A stretch of 64,000 nt of DNA from the human T2T-CHM13v2.0 reference genome, Homo sapiens, in assembly GCF_009914755.1 (NCBI RefSeq), contig NC_060931.1; one strand, given 5' to 3'. The position numbers were made by a program, and so were the translations under genes. Within the stretch, counting starts at the first letter, position 1; each line of letters starts with the position of its first letter. This document shows positions 1 to 12,349 of this stretch, piece after piece. The notes beneath the pieces are model-generated. The model made no database searches. It saw nothing but the letters and a program-made list of their open reading frames with translations, and was not told where the DNA came from.

Positions 1-686
1 CCTTTCTGAACAAGCTGCCTGGTGCAGCTCGCTGGCGCCTCTGGTGGCTGCACCTGGGAGGCCAGTCCTGGTAAGCCGTGGGGACATGGTTTTTCCCAAT
101 TCAGCTAACAGAGGCTCTTCATGTTATGGCCTTGTCTCCTCTGATGGCGCTGCACGAGTCCTTGCACTCAGAATGACACAAGAAAACCCACAGGGAAATG
201 AGCTATGGCTCCAGACCAACCTGCTTGAATTCCAGCTCAGATACATCCATTTCCACATCTGTAAAATGGGATTCCCAGCAAGGACCTTGCAGGGTCACTC
301 CGACATGTGCATGACACCAGGCAGGAACACCCGTGGTCAGGGCTGCCCAGCAGACAAGAGGTGCTCCCGGTGTGTGGGGGCTGCTGGTAGATTGTCCTCC
401 AACCCCCTTGGAACCTTGGACCTCCCCGCCGCCCCTTGCCTGTTCCTCCCACAGAGGCCTGTCCCTCGGGGAGCTTGCCGGCCTCTAGGCAAGGGGGCCA
501 GGCCCACCTTCTGGGTGCTGCCTCCCTCATGCTCAGAGTCACTTTCCTTTTCTGGGGTTGTTGCTCCTTCCAATACCTTCATCACTGCCTTGAATTTTGT
601 ACCCTGGGGCTTTGTGAGGAGAGGATGCAATTTCCCAAAGCTTTTCAGAGTAAACAACTCAAAATAGATCAAGGTCCATCCTTGGC

Positions 687-988
<302 letters not shown>

Positions 989-1914
989 CATCCTTACCTT
1001 TTTATCCTTATCCAGAACTGCCATGGTCCCTGGACTCCTTCAGCTTGGAGGGGACCTGCCCGGCACAAACTCCCGGCAGCACTGCCCTGTGAGGGCAGCT
1101 GGTGGCCCCGTCCGGCCTGACCTGCACCTTCCGCCCACACATCTCAGTGGCGGCCTCCTCTGCACTCTGCACCCTTGGGTGTCCAGAGCTGACTGTCATC
1201 CTAAGACAGAATCCAGCCCTGTTCACAGGCCCCTGGGAAAACCACACACACAGGTTACCCCAGGAGCTTGCAGACTTCATTAAGACACAGCGGAGGAGGC
1301 TTCTGGGGCTCATTAGCTTCACCTGTGCTCCCCTTCCATCGTGGTCTCCACAGTGCGGCCCTGACTGCATCCTCGACGCCAGGCACTCACCAAGGATTTT
1401 TGGGGAAGCAAGTACAGCTCCTTTCTAAGAGCAATTCTGTGCTGTGAATTCCCTGACATTTCTCCGGTCTGCTGCATGCACAGTGGCCACTCTGTCTCCT
1501 CGCAGAGTCGGTGTGGACCTTCTAGTCCAGGCCCATGCCCCCCTCACACTTGTGGCTGTGGTTTTTTGTGTGTGTGGCAGAAGGGCACATTTCACACCAG
1601 CAGGCAAGAATATGAACCTACGAGTTGACACATTTAGAGTTGTGTCTGCTTTCTTCAAAAGCTGTCTCCTGTGGGGTCCGCTCTAAGGAAGGAAGATCTC
1701 TTGGTTGTGTAGCTCCAAATCCCTTCACTGCGTCTTCTTCCTTCTTCGTTCCCGACCCCGAGGCAACAGCTTGTCCTTGGTAAGCATCATTCTCTGGGTG
1801 CAGCCCTGCCCTCACCGTGCTGCCATTCTCTCTCCTTTCTCTTCTGTTCAGTTCCAGCTTCAGCACCAGCTCTTCAGGAAGGCCTTCCTGAATGATCCCC
1901 CATTATGCTAGCTT

Positions 1915-2382
1915 TTTATTAGGATAAAGGCTAAGATGCTGTCACAGAAACCTTCACATGTGGCTGCTTAAGTAAAAACAGGAGTCATCTCTCTTCCACA
2001 TCATGCTACAGAGGCTCTGCTCCTTCAGGACAGGCAGGGCTCCAGGATCTCCCAAATGGGGCTTCTGTCCTGGGTCCAGCGCGCTTATTCCCAACAATTT
2101 CCTGGCCATAGGAAAGGGGGCAAGGGAAGAAGGGGACACATGAAGAAACCCCAAAAACCAACAATGGCCTATTAAGTTAGTGATACAGAGGTTGCCATTT
2201 TTCTTCCTCTCATAGCCCATTGGTGAAAGTTGCATGGCCAAACCTAGCTATCCAGGAGGCTGGGAATGCAATCTCTGGTTAGGCAGCCATGTCCTCAGCT
2301 AAGACTGGAGGTCATGAGGGAAATCCTATTATTAAAAGGAAAGGGAGGTCGATATTGAGGACCATACACAGCCCCTGCTACA
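1915..2382 (-). mobile_element. Old MaLR LTR (MLT1 family), degraded
   Basis: MLT1-like motifs (GCTGTCACAGAAACC...GCTTAAG; GGAGGCTGGGAATGCAATCT; GGCAGCCATGTCC; terminal CTGCTACA). Subfamily uncertain. Confidence 0.55.
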
Positions 2383-2969
2383 CGACCCTGAGTGGTTCCT
2401 GCTCAATACACTATTGCACAGAGGGTGAGAGCATGAGAACATGTCACGAGGTTTCAGGATGCACCATTAGGCTTTCTTCTCTCCAAAAGAAAAACTGGCT
2501 CCACCGTACTTTCTCCTGGACAGGCTAACCAGCTAACGGGCCTTGCCAGATCTCCTTCTGCTGGAGTGGGCGGGAGCTTCCCTCGGGTGGCCCTGTCTGT
2601 AGCATGGCTCCCTGGTTGCCCATGGCCCAGAGGAGGTGCAGCTGGTGCTCCCTTGGACCTTGTTGCAGATGCTTGGAAGCCGCTGACTGTGGCTAGATCT
2701 TAGCAAGGGTTCTGAGCTGGATGCCACCCAGGCCTTGGCTGACTTCTGCTTTGGAGTCCTCCCCATGAAGCCCTCCTCATCATTGTTCCCTTCCCTATTC
2801 TCCCTCTGGGATCTGTCATGGCCCTGTGAGCAAATATCCCGACAGCCCCTGGTTGGACCTGTTCATCTGTCCAGCTCCCTGGGCGGTCTGCCTCCAGCCA
2901 TCACCATTCTAAGAATGTCAGCATGTTTCAATAAACAGAAACTCTCATGTCCCCTGGGGAGGATGCTAC

Positions 2970-3350
2970 GCCTGCCTTAGGTCCAGCCCCACTGAGAGCA
3001 GAGCCCAAAATGAGGGTTTGGGGAACATATTTATGAGGGAGGTGACCCCAGAAATCAGGAGCGAGGGCGGAGGAGCATGAGACTTGGGAGGAAGAGCTGG
3101 GAGGTCACTAGGGCTCCTGCCGAAGGCAGTCTGGGCTTTGCTTGGAGAAGCCAGGAATGATTCCCAGAACTGCCTCCAGAAGGAAGGGAGGCAGGGGCAC
3201 TGATCCACAGCTACCCTCCTCTTTAGGGAGAGGGGAACCCCTGGGTGTTAGTTTCCTCTTGTTTTCGTGTGTGGCTTGCTTCAGGCAAAAGAGCAGAGAG
3301 GGCCCAGAAGACCTGGTGGAGGGCGAGCAGCCTGGTGCTGTCCAGCACAG
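2970..3350. mobile_element. Old ERVL-type LTR fragment (LTR16/LTR33-like)
   Basis: GCAGAGCCCAAAATGAGGGTTT...TTTATGAGGGAGGTGACCCCAGAA resembles the recalled LTR16/LTR33 end. Boundaries approximate. Confidence 0.35.
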
Positions 3351-4149
3351 CCTCATGGAATCAGAGCTGCCCAGCGTGACTTATTGTAGTAATTAAGCTG
3401 AATGTGATTCTTTTAATGAGAGAAGTTGATGTTTAGAAGTTGCCAACCCGTTTGCTCGTCCCCTGCAGCATCAGATCCTGCTGAGAGCCCAGCGAAGGGG
3501 AATGCAGAAACACACCCATAACAGCGCAGGTCACAGCGGGTGGCAGGCGGCGAGATGGTTCAACAGATTTCTGCAGGACCTGACGTGGATGGAAGCCGGT
3601 CCAGGCGGCAGAGTGGGGGAAGCACAGCCTTGGACGGAACGGGAGACTGGGTGTGGCTGCTTCCCAGGTGGGGCAGATCTGAGCTGCAGGTGTGGCCACA
3701 GGTGTTGTGGGAGCAGCGAGTGGAAACGGAGGGGTCGCCAGTCTGTCTTGGGGATGCTCCTGGCTCTTCCCCTGGCCTGTGGGTCTGCCTCCCATCCCCG
3801 GCCCACTGCCAGCCCCAAGTGAAATGCAGGTGGCAGGTTTGCAGGAACAGGATTTTTACCATAGACATGGACAGACTTCCTGTGGAATTTCAGGATGCCT
3901 TTCCCAGCCTGGCATTTTTGGGACCCCGGTTTCAGGGGTGAGCTCCTTGTGGGCCAGTCATTAAGCGCCACACTTGCACACAAAGTACCTGGTTAACCAA
4001 TCATCCCATTCAGGAGACAAATGGCAGGAAAACAGGTCTGTGTCCAGGTAAAACCCCCATTTGCCTTCCTAGAAGTCCACCTAATTCTCTGTCTTAAGTA
4101 TTAATGACATAGAATCATAGAATCTTCAATACATAAAGAAGACCTACTA

Positions 4150-4860
4150 GCAGCACAAAAGAGGAAGATCAGAATAAATAAGGATAACTACCCCAGACAG
4201 AAAAGAAACAATTCTGGGATTGTAAATTAATTTCAAAATGAAATATTTTGAAGTATTCTTCAAGCACGTACTGCATTTGAAAGAAAGAACAGATATTATG
4301 AAACCCTGAGAAAGAATATTCAGAAATAAAAACAAAAGGATTGTAAAACAAATCAAAGAGGAGTTGGGAGGTAAGTTGAGGAAATTTCCAGAACACAGAG
4401 TAAAATAGGAACTATGAGAAAAATGACAAAAAACATAAAAGATCAATTCAGGAAAGAAAAATATCAGACTGCAATATTTCTTGAAAGAACAGAGAAAAAA
4501 TGGACAAGAAAATTATCAAAGAAGTAATATATGAAACTTTCAAGACCTGAACAGAGACACAAATTTTCAAAATAACAGGAACTCACTGAGTGACCAGCAT
4601 GATAAGTGAAAAAAGACCTGCATATCTTGATGAAATTTTAGAAAACTAAAGATAAAGAAAAGCATAGAGGACCTTGCAAGGAGGGGGAATTGGGCCATCC
4701 ACAAAGGGATGAAATTCAGCCAGTGTTTTCATAAGCAGCCGCATCAAGGTCAAGTATGATTCAGCACAAGGGCAAGGTGAACGCATTTTGTTTCTGATAG
4801 GCCTTTGCTGAAAATGCTACCTGAGGATATATTTCAGAAAGTCAATAAAGATAAGGTAAG
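4150..4860 (+). mobile_element. Ancient L1 (L1M) ORF1-region remnant
   Basis: Very A-rich plus strand with L1 ORF1-like stretches (AAAATTATCAAAGAAGTAATATATGAAACTTTC...CATATCTTGATGAAATTTTAGAAAACTAAAGATAAAGAAAA). No intact frame. Confidence 0.7.
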
Positions 4861-5088
4861 GCAAACAAGAAACAGAGGCACTACCCTGGGAGTTCAGGGA
4901 AAATGCCTTCAAGAATGATGTTATACTGTAGCCTCAGAGAGCAACAGAGCCCAGTTAGCACACGAAGTCAGTGGGCATTAAGAGGACCCCATAAAACAAA
5001 ACTGGATTATGTCATAGATTGAAAAAGGAGCTGGGAGATAGTAGTGGCATGTGGAAGAAGAAATGCTTCTTCTCTAACATAGTAAGGT

Positions 5089-5580
5089 CTGTCAATTGGG
5101 GAGCTTTTGGCTGCAAGTAACACATCATCTGCCTGAGAGTGGCTTAATCCATGAGCGCATTTATTATTCACTTAACAGAACTCCAGAGACGGGTCATCTC
5201 TGAGTTGGCTCAGAAGCTCATGACATCATCAAGGACCTGGCTATTTCCACTGCACTGTTTGGCCATGCTCAGCACGAGGACCTTTTGTTCTCCAGCTTGT
5301 CACCTCATGATGAGCAGGTGGCTCTCATATTTTCAGGCACAGTGTACCCATACTGCATTCAAAGGCAAGAAAGGAGCAATGAGGGTGGGTGGAGAAGGTC
5401 TTTCCTCTTGTCACAAAGGAAAAACTTCCAGAACTTTCCGGCAGACCTTTTCTTAGGTCTGTTTGGCCACAGGAGGGTCCTATGTGCACCTCCAGCTGCC
5501 AGATGGGATGAGAAGGTGCGTATCTGGCAAAATGAAGCAGAATGGTTATGATTGGCTTCAACTTAAAATAAATGGGTGAT
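5089..5580 (-). mobile_element. Old MaLR LTR (MLT1J-O-like)
   Basis: CTTTTGGCTGCAAGTAAC...TGGCTTAA...TTTATT...GACATCATCAAGGACCTGGCT pattern typical of old MLT1 LTRs read in reverse. Confidence 0.55.
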
Positions 5581-7336
5581 GAGGCCCCACTCCAGGACAT
5601 CTTGTCCAGCTGGCATGGAGTGGCACTTGGGCATGTGTGGTCATATAAAGTTTCCTGGGTGATGCTAATCGGTAGATTTGAGACCCACTGACTGGACTAT
5701 TTGTGACTCCTGAGGCTGGCATATTGTCACCTGAACAAGTCAAGTTCTGTTTAGCCAGAAGGAAGAGGGAGGGCATACCAGCTAGGCAGGACTAATAATA
5801 ATGTCTAGGAAAAGCCCCAAAACAGTACAAAAAAGCCATGTTCCAGGTAGGAAGACGATACCGAGAAACTGGTGGAGCACAAGAAGAGGGAATCCATTCA
5901 ACTCTGATGCTGGGACCCTTCTCCCTTGAGTGGCAGAAGATCTTAACATTGGATCTATAGAGAAAAAAATTTTACTGTACTACTTGGCCCTGGAAGGAAC
6001 AGTTTTATACAGTCATAATCACATAAATGCATTCATTCTTTTTAAAAAATTATTTTTCTTTTAGAATCAACCTGGGAATAAAGCCCGGAAGACTTGGTTG
6101 TGGCTTCAAGATAGAATGCTGTTGATACGATTCCCCACAATGAAAAGGTAAAGTGATAACTGATGGAAGTAGGGTGGCAGAAGGAGAGCCAGGAGGGCAG
6201 AGGAAGACTGCTTTACTGCCACCCTGATGCACATGGTGGAAAGCCAAGAGATACCTTTAATGTCGGTGGAAGAAATGGAAAATATCATCTAAATTTGCAA
6301 AGGTAAGTAATAGAAAAAAAATAACACAGCTGGCACCTATTGTTCAAGGGGTAGTGAGAAGTGTGTAAGTGAGGAAAGCTTCACCTTCCTAACCTGCAGT
6401 CAACAGATAGTTTCTAAAGCGGAGACATAGGTCTTGTATCGAACAGGACAGACGAGCTTCTGCTGTGTAACAAACAACCCCCAAAGTCTTAGTCACAGAA
6501 CAAGACTTATTTAGCAACACAACAAAGCACATTTCTAGCTCTTGTTAATGGTGGGACAGTGACCCCAGGCCTGGGGATGGGGGTGGGTGGTGGTGTAGGC
6601 CCTGCCAGTGGTTTCTGGCTTCAAGGGAGCCACAGGAAGTAGCTTCAGCTGCATTTAGGATCCGAGCTGCTCAAGCGGGAGGTTTGGGGCCTTGGCAGAA
6701 ATCCAGGAACAGAGCGTATGACTTGGTCTCCCTTCTTCTACACGACTCCTTGGATTCTTTGGCATCTTGGCCAGCCATACCTTGGCTGTCCGTTTGGATC
6801 TGTAGAGTAAATTCAGTTTGATATTAGGCCTTTCTCAAAGACAGGCATCAGCCCTAGGGTGGAGTGGGATAGAAGTTTCCTCTAAAGGTCTCAGGAGCCC
6901 AGAGTTTGCTGTGTGGAGTGTGCCTCGAGGGTCCTGGTCTGCCTGTCACCTCCCTATGGAGCTCCTGAACTCATGAAATACAGCCAGCAAAATAGTCCTC
7001 AGGGCCCAGCCTCTCTTCAGTGCACAGGCATAACTTGGTTTATAAATATTACATGGAGTTGTTCATGCACAGCTGGGGGAGAATAGGCCCCCACTGTCGG
7101 GCTCTGTCCATGGCCTTGTATTAATTAACTCTGATTTTGCAGGGAATGGACCTGCAACCGTGCACCCTGAGGGCTGTGATCTTATCGGGATTGGGTGAGC
7201 TCACAGGCTCGTGGCAGGGATGGAGGGAACGGGGAACGGAGGCATCCGGCGGCCATACCTGGGTCTTCTCAGGGCCTGGACCTGCCGCACTTCTCTGGGG
7301 AGGGGCTTTCACAGTCTCCTCGTCCACCCCGTTGGA

Positions 7337-7443
7337 GATCCTCCTCATGGGCCAGGGTCACCATACGTGGGCACCAACCTTCCCAAACTGATCCTTCTCA
7401 TGGGCCAGGGTCGCCATGCGTGGGCACCAACCTTCCCAAACTG
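7337..7443. repeat. 53-bp tandem duplication (2 copies)
   Basis: GATCCTYCTCATGGGCCAGGGTCRCCATRCGTGGGCACCAACCTTCCCAAACT at 7337 and 7390, 3 mismatches. Confidence 0.95.
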
Positions 7444-8157
7444 GAACATCTCCAATGACTCCCCTTTCCTTAAAAGAGTTTTGAAGATCAATAAAACATA
7501 TTTTTAAAATTAATAAAAAATGTGCATTGATTCAGCTTGTCTTCTCTTAGGGGTTGGTGGTGAAGGGGAGAGTAGTGTTTTTCAGATGTGGACAGCTTCA
7601 TTTTGTCCAAAGTTGACTCCTGAGCAAGGCGTTCAGAGCCCTCCGTAGGAGCCCCAGCCCTGAGTTCCACGTGGTATCTCGGCTTACCCTTTCTAACTCC
7701 ACCCACTGCTCCCGGTGGCTGTTCTGGGCACTCCCTCTGCCTCAAACACCCCACACGTGCTTCCTCTTTGCCACCCGGGTTGAGCTCATCCTGTCTCAGG
7801 CCTGGAATGCTGTCTCCTCTCCTCCTCCATCTGATCCTCCAAGCCAGGCACAAATGCCCCACCTTTAGCCACTGTTCGTAGCCGGCCTGCTGTCCCCTCC
7901 TGGGAGCTCCTGAAACACCACACAGCACCTGAGGACGAGCTCCCCAGACCCAAGCATAGCCAGGACCTGCCTCCCCTGGTCTCTTCCCCTTTGCTGTGGG
8001 CAGTTGAGGCTGTCTGCCGGTGGGGCGGGGCAGGATAGGGCCCCCAAACTCCTGTACTAAATCTGAGCTCTTGCCTGCCACCACTTCACCCAACGGACTA
8101 TTTCTCTTAACAACCATTTGCCTTGCAGGAATTTTTGTTTACTGTGTTCACTTGCCC

Positions 8158-8533
8158 TGTGTTAGTTTGCTAGAGCTGCCATAAGAAAGCACTGCAGACA
8201 GGAGGCTTCAGCAACAGAAATGTATTGTCTTACAACCCTGGAGGCTGGAAGTCCAAGATCAAGATGTGAGCAGGGTTGGCTGCTCCTGAGGCCTCTCTCC
8301 TTGGCTTGCAGATGGCCATCTTCTCCCTGTGTCCTCACATGGCCGTCTCTGTGTGTGTGTCTGTGTCTTCTTATGAGGACGCTAGTCGGATTGAATTAAG
8401 GTCCAGCCAACTGTCTCATTTTAACTTGATTCCCTCTTCAAGGGCCCTTTCTCAAATGTGGTCACATTCCGAAGTCTTTGGGATAAGGAGTTCAAGATAT
8501 ACATTTTGGGGGAACACAGTACAGGACAAAACA
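8158..8533 (-). mobile_element. MLT1B-like solo LTR (MaLR)
   Basis: TGTGTTAGTTTGCTAGAGCTGCCATAA...GGAGGCTGGAAGTCCAAGATCAAG...GGTCACATTCCGAAG...TTTTGGGGGAACACA...ACA with TG...CA ends. Confidence 0.88.
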
Positions 8534-9204
8534 CCCTAAAAAGAAGAACCATATTGAAACTGTTTAAAGAAACTTTCCGAAAAATAAGAAAAAGGACCGG
8601 AAGCTTTTCAGAATGGATGGAAAAACTGTCTGAGGCCAACAGGTCTCCGGTGAATGAGCCTCCCAGGCCCCCATCTGGGCTCTCTGAGCTCAGCGGCGGG
8701 AAGGGGGTCACTCCTGTTTCACAAGGGAGGAGGCAGGTCCAGAAACGGGCATGGATAACAGAAATTCTGCCTGTTATGATGCAGAACACAGGCCTATCAT
8801 TCTTCTCAAACCATCGCATCCTTTTGCTTGGACTATGGCAGCTGCAGTATTGATGAGATTTGGAATCCTCTTTCTCCTTCTTCTCCAAATGTGGTAGATT
8901 TCTCAGGCAGGAGAGGCCTGACTGCCTTGTTCTTGAGGCCTCCTTGGGACCTCTCTTTTGCTACCAGGGAAGACACAGGTGCGGCACCAGGTTACGCATT
9001 CCTTCCAGCCCTCAGAGCCGCCGGTCCCTGTTAATCTGTCTTCACCATTTCTAGATAATTGGCCCAGGGTTCATGTTGCTAAATTATAATTCCCTGGACT
9101 GGAATCCAAGAACATTTTTGCCCAGAACAGTCACTGAGTCCCAAGGATGAGATTCTGAAGAGCAATACCAGGTATACTGTCCTCTCAGCTGGCAAGCACA
9201 CCTA

Positions 9205-9284
9205 TTAGCTTAGTGCAAAAGTAAGTGCGGTTTTTGCCATTAAAAGTAACAGCAAAAACTGCGATTACTTTTGCACCAACCTAA
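9205..9284. mobile_element. MADE1 (Hsmar1-derived 80-bp MITE)
   Basis: 80-bp near-palindrome TTAGCTTAGTGCAAAAGTAA...TTACTTTTGCACCAACCTAA flanked by TA on both sides (9203-9204, 9285-9286). Confidence 0.95.
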
Positions 9285-9635
9285 TATTTTTATTTACAGC
9301 TTCACATTTTCTTAGTTCAGAAGATAATGTTATTTTTGTCCTGAAAAATTCAGCCTTCCTATTAATAACAAATGCAAACCCATGGCCATATCCTGCCTCT
9401 GTTCCGTGCTCAGATCGATGGCAGGATATAGCTTGAGCTATATGTGTATTTTCTTTACTGATGAAACATTCCATTTAGGGATGTTTAATATTATTTAGTT
9501 ATGATGTGTCCAGAGTGGCCGAAAAATGTCCCAATATTTTTTAGCCTCTTTGCTTGGTTACCACCGTGCAAACATGATCCAGGGGAATTTTAGTCCAGTT
9601 TTTGTAGAATAAAAATTTTGGAGGTTAAAAAAGAT

Positions 9636-9811
9636 CCTGTTGTGGGGTGGGGGGAGGGGGGAGGGATAGCATTAGGAGATATACCTAATGCTAAATGACG
9701 AGTTAATGGGTGCAGCACAGCAACATGGCACTTGTATACATATGTAACAAACCTGCACATTGTGCACATGTATCCTAGAACTTAAAGTATAATAATAATA
9801 ATAATAATAAT
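9636..9811 (+). mobile_element. 5'-truncated young L1PA 3' end (about L1PA3/4) with (TAA)n tail
   Basis: G-rich tract, GGATAGCATTAGGAGATATACCTAATGCTAAATGACGAGTTAATGGGTGCAGCAC...AACTTAAAGTATAAT. TSD AAAAGAT at 9629-9635 and 9812-9818. Confidence 0.95.
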
Positions 9812-9818
9812 AAAAGAT

Positions 9819-9932
9819 GTTAAGATCATCTGCTCCTACAGCCTTATTGTAGAGATAAAAAGAACTGAGGCCCAGAGAGCTTAAAGAGCTTAAGTTCATC
9901 GTTAGCAGCAGAATCAGTGCTAGAACCCAGGG
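9819..9932 (-). mobile_element. MIR fragment (host of the L1PA insertion)
   Basis: AGAGATAAAAAGAACTGAGGCCCAGAGAG...CTAGAACCCAGG matches the reverse MIR core. Confidence 0.65.
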
Positions 9933-10694
9933 ACACTTTCTCAATGTGAAATTTCCTCTTTGCTGATACTGCCTCAGCTAAAACATGGATTCATGGGGTT
10001 TGTTGTTCTCCCGCTTTGAGGGCTGTTCTGTGGCCCTGGCCCGCGGTCCAAGACTAAGTGATGCAAAGGCAGAGCCTTGAAAGTGAATTGTTTGCATGAC
10101 CTGATTTCCTTCAGTCTGGTCATTGCAGTGGCAAATCACAGCGCCTCAATTTCCACTGGTTAACTCCGAGTAACTTCTCTTTGGCAATTACCCGGCTGCC
10201 TGTGCTAGTATTGGTACTGGCGTCTCATTTGTGCACAGGGCTGGAACTGATTGACTGTATTGAGGAATTAAGGAAGAAAAATAGAGCCATACTTGAAGAA
10301 TCAAATGAGACGTTTAAGAAAACAGCAGCCCTGCCCATGTCATCCCCCAAAGTCTTCCTTTGTACAACTCCAGTAGGAAACGATCTTGGCACAATCTGAA
10401 AATATGCACGAGCCCACTGCTCTTACCACGAGCAAAGGCGCATCGATCTCGTGCTGCTTCTATTGATTTAATGTCACCTCTGTGATGTAATCATGTTTTC
10501 TTTCCTATCTGTTTGCAGTCTTTTCTTCTGTTGTCTGCCATGAGGCAGCCAAGGCCTTTCAGCCTCTGAGCTGGTCAAAATAACTTTGTCTTCCATTTGC
10601 ATTGTTTTTAAGAAATGATTACACTGACTCGGGTAGGGCCTTGGTGGATAGCATGATGAGGAGTGCATAATGCCATGTGAAAACTGCAGGCACC

Positions 10695-10817
10695 AACCTT
10701 GGGGTCCCAGCTACGATGCTGGCGCTAACCTTGGGGTCCCAGATATGATGCTGGCGCTAACCTTGGGTCCCAGATATGATGCTGGCGCTAACCTTGGGGT
10801 CCCAGCTACAATGCTGG
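10695..10817. repeat. 32-bp minisatellite, about 3.9 copies
   Basis: AACCTTGGGGTCCCAGMTAYGATGCTGGCGCT starting at 10695, 10727, 10759 (31 bp) and 10790. Confidence 0.95.
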
Positions 10818-10860
10818 TGGGAGTCAGGCCTCAGAGGAGCTTCTTTCTGCTCAGCCATGA

Positions 10861-11184
<324 letters not shown>

Positions 11185-11741
11185 TGAGTGATGGCTCTTA
11201 TTCCACTTCTCTCTCTTCTTAGATCGTGGACGTACGTGGCTATTGTTGATCATGTTGGAGATGGTGAAAGGTAGAAAGAACGACACAAACCCATATCCAA
11301 AATTAAAAGCTCCTTTGGATTTGGTAGGGACAAGTCTATGGGGCTTGAAATTAGTCCAAAAAGGCACATGGAGATGCACTTTGTTTTACAACAGGTTTTA
11401 GTTCCTAGGGTGACTTTCGTGCACAGCACCTGCTTGTCAGCAGTGAATGGTGGCAAGCAGGCAGCGGCAGTGGCAGACCAGGGAGACAGATACTTGCTTA
11501 GAAGCCCCCGTTTTCTGATGGCAAGAGCTGTTCGTGAGTTTCAGCTCTCAACCATGGAGGCTGTGCTTTCTGCCAGCATGTGGGCAGAGAAAACGGCTCT
11601 GACACACTCAAGTACATTTGTTTATGGCGATGGTGATGAGATTTCTATTGGAGACTTCATGGTTTGAGAGCATTACTAAGATTTTAAAATAGTGCCTTTT
11701 TGAAAGAAAGTTTTTATTTTTTTCAGAAGAAGTTGATGTAG

Positions 11742-11826
11742 AAATAGAGAGAGATAGAGATGGGGATGGAGAGGGAGAAAGAGGAAGAGAAACAGAAAGA
11801 GAAAGGAGGGAGAGAGAGAGAGAGAG
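11742..11826. repeat. GA-rich low-complexity tract
   Basis: Almost pure purine run ending in (GA)n. Confidence 0.85.
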
Positions 11827-12349
11827 CACAGGAGTGCACCCCTCTCTGGTGCTAGTCAGTGTCCTAGGACTGGCCTGGAGGCCCAGACCCTGAAAGGTTC
11901 ATTGGCTGTGTGGTCCTGACTGTGTCATTCTCCTGAGCTGGGACCACAGGACTCTGGTGACTTGCCACTTTGGCTGTGCGTGTCCGTGTCTCTGTTCACA
12001 TTCCCTCTGCCTTCCCATCTACCTCCATCTATTGAGATCTGGATCTGCTCATATGCTATGTCAGCCTTGACCAAAAGTTTTAGCCCCAATCCTAAACTTT
12101 TTGGAAATTAAGAATCATTCAACAAAATAAGTGGCATTAAAGCAAGAATCAAAATGGCACTTGCTGTTTAGTTAGTATCGATAGAATCCTGCTTATGAGC
12201 TATTACAGGAGTGGTCAAAACAGTATTCGTGAAAATATATGGAGTTAACATTTATTATTCATTCATTACCATATTATTCATTCATATTATTGCTGTATTA
12301 TTCATTTATTACCATATAGGAAAAAACATAGATAGATATGCTAGGTATT

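Noticed and set aside
10181-10399. Coiled-coil-looking peptide LELIDCIEELRKKNRAILEESNE as a coding exon
   Set aside because: Weak acceptor, no convincing donor, protein not recognised.
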